Shown here in pieces: positions 62,352-64,000 of a stretch of 64,000 nucleotides of DNA. Position 1 is the stretch's first letter. Every line of letters starts with the position of its first letter. The stretch is taken from NCBI GenBank assembly GCA_963826785.1, contig CAWGYD010000008.1, positions 160,001 through 224,000 on the forward strand. Direction: 5' to 3'. Made by a program: the position numbers and the translations under genes. The stretch is from an uncultured delta proteobacterium (GTDB lineage: Bacteria; Desulfobacterota; Desulfobacteria; Desulfobacterales; Desulfosalsimonadaceae). The notes under the pieces are model-generated. The model was not told the DNA's origin. It worked only from the letters and a program-made list of their open reading frames with translations, and did not search any database.

Positions 62352-63110
62352 TTAATAGGGCAAATATTTGAGTTTGGCCCAGATCAGGCCGGCAAGCTTT
62401 TTCGATCCCGAATCAGCCGGATGAACACCGTCGATAATGATATCGGAATTGACGATGCTGCTTCTCGGATCGATGAATACGCGATTATTGTTCGCGGCTG
62501 TGGCATTGGTGACGGCAGCCTTCAGCTTCAAATCGCCGTAATCGACTGCCGCGTTCAAGGTCGTGGAACCGATCAGACCGGTTTTGATGTGGTAGTATCC
62601 AAGAAAAAGGACATTTTTGACGCCGTCGCGCCCCATCTGGTTGATCAGATTGACCGTGTCCACATATACATCGTTGATCAAATTCTTACAGGAGGAGGAA
62701 AGGCCGGATTCCCACCAGTCTTTCTTGCAGTTGTAAGGATCAAACGCCATGGTTGCGGGGATCAGGATATCATTGCCGCCGCCATCCATGATGATGGTGT
62801 CGATGAGGCTGTACTGGCTTTTGGCTTTTGCATACTGGGCAGCGACATCAAAGGAGGTGAGGATATTGCTCCCTTTTATTTCCGCTCCGGAAGTTGCATA
62901 TCTGCGAAATGTTTTGCCCGCATAGCTGTGAAGATAATCACTGATTTTGCCCGACAATGCGAATATGGAATCCCCTATATTGACGATCTTATTGTTGCCG
63001 GCACTGGTGATATTGGGAACGCTTAAAAGACTGCAGGCCCCGAAGGCAACGGAAATAAACAGGCATAGCAAAATACTGGCGATCCTTGAATTCAATAGAA
63101 TCCTTTTCAT
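62352..63110 (-). CDS. SGNH/GDSL hydrolase lipoprotein
   Basis: FGAC lipobox; GDS, SGA, GGND and DGVHP blocks. Confidence 0.88.
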   Translation of the reverse strand: MKRILLNSRIASILLCLFISVAFGACSLLSVPNITSAGNNKIVNIGDSIFALSGKISDYLHSYAGKTFRRYATSGAEIKGSNILTSFDVAAQYAKAKSQYSLIDTIIMDGGGNDILIPATMAFDPYNCKKDWWESGLSSSCKNLINDVYVDTVNLINQMGRDGVKNVLFLGYYHIKTGLIGSTTLNAAVDYGDLKLKAAVTNATAANNNRVFIDPRSSIVNSDIIIDGVHPADSGSKKLAGLIWAKLKYLPY

Positions 63111-63464
63111 TTTTCCCCCTTTTGATTTTTTAGAATTGAATGACATGTTTTAAACCAGGAATCCCGTCTTTGTTCCGAAATGAATCACATGCTGCTTTTT
63201 CTTTACCTGATATCTGACATGAACCGCTTACAACCTTAAAATTCAGGTTTGTTCATGTAAACAATGTTTATAACTTTCTAAAAAAATATACAATCGGGTA
63301 AAACCTGATTTTGAAATTCGAAAAACCTGATGTCATCATATGATCATGAAAAAAACTGACTTTACGAGACCGTCAATTTTCACTATCAAGAACCTATTGT
63401 TAATGCGAAAATCAATTTTCGTGCGGTTCGTGCACGTTTTCAAAAAGCAGAGCAGAGGAGCGGG

Positions 63465-64000
63465 ATGAATCTGTTTCAAGTGGTGTCCGGACTGGTGAGT
63501 CTGGCGGCGGTGCTGGCCTATCTGAATCACCGGCTGCTGAAGCTTCCCATCACCATCGGGCTGATGCTGGGGGCGCTGGTGATTTCCCTTGCCATCATCG
63601 GACTGGGAAAGGTGGGCATTCACTTCGAGTATGTGGCCAAGGAGGTGATCGGCAGCATCAATTTTGACGAAACCGTCCTTCAGGGGATGCTCAGCTTCCT
63701 GCTGTTTGCCGGTGCACTGCACATCAACCTCGATGACCTGTCCCGACAGAAATGGGTGATCCTCCTGCTGGCCACATTCGGTGTTCTGGCCTCAACCTTC
63801 ATGGTGGGGTATGCGAGCTGGCTGGTGCTGGGGCTGCTGGGTGTGGATATCCCCCTGATATACTGTCTCCTGTTCGGCGCACTGATTTCACCCACCGACC
63901 CCATTGCCGTGCTGGCCATCATCAAGACCGTGGGCGCGCCCAAGGACCTGGAGACCACCATTGCCGGCGAATCCCTGTTCAATGACGGCATCGCCGTGGT
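63465..64000 (+). CDS. CPA1 (NhaP-type) sodium:proton antiporter, runs off the window
   Basis: Own translation: MNLFQVV...LKLPITIGLM...FLLFAGALH...FGALISPTDPIAVL...IAGESLFNDG; GAGGAG RBS. Confidence 0.9.
   Translation, partial: MNLFQVVSGLVSLAAVLAYLNHRLLKLPITIGLMLGALVISLAIIGLGKVGIHFEYVAKEVIGSINFDETVLQGMLSFLLFAGALHINLDDLSRQKWVILLLATFGVLASTFMVGYASWLVLGLLGVDIPLIYCLLFGALISPTDPIAVLAIIKTVGAPKDLETTIAGESLFNDGIAV

Noticed and set aside
1..64000. tRNA or rRNA genes
   Set aside because: None were recognised in the intergenic regions by eye; no covariance search was run.

Overview
GC-rich chromosomal window from a bacterium; the gene content suggests a sulfate-reducing Desulfobacterota (inference). 1-33 kb is mostly housekeeping and metabolic: rlmN, nth, nfo, split hydantoinase/oxoprolinase A and B, ade, bioB, acyl-CoA dehydrogenases, a DUF2868/GTPase pair and a DD-carboxypeptidase. 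33-42.6 kb is a putative oxygen-stress module: PAS kinase, NarL-type regulator, two receiver-only paralogues flanking a ~1,490-aa secreted multicopper oxidase, and msrAB. 42.9-49.1 kb is a TetR-led operon with a glycyl-radical activase, a ~1,000-aa glycyl radical enzyme carrying an SCP2-like N-terminal extension, and a Tat DUF362 protein, bracketed by REP-like palindromes. 49.2-51.1 kb is a complete IS with inverted repeats and a TAATTA target duplication. 51.1-58 kb is an integron whose integrase is truncated and coupled by an ATGA overlap to an intact lexA, downstream of a GAAC-N4-GTTC palindrome. Its array has 5 clear attC sites plus a degenerate one and carries a Shedu-like nuclease, a NucS-like nuclease and a class D beta-lactamase remnant. 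The window ends with rsgA, nhaA, an SGNH lipoprotein with a lipase-chaperone-like neighbour, and a partial CPA1 antiporter. Many single-base frameshifts look like sequencing errors. All family calls come from motif recognition by eye; no searches were run.
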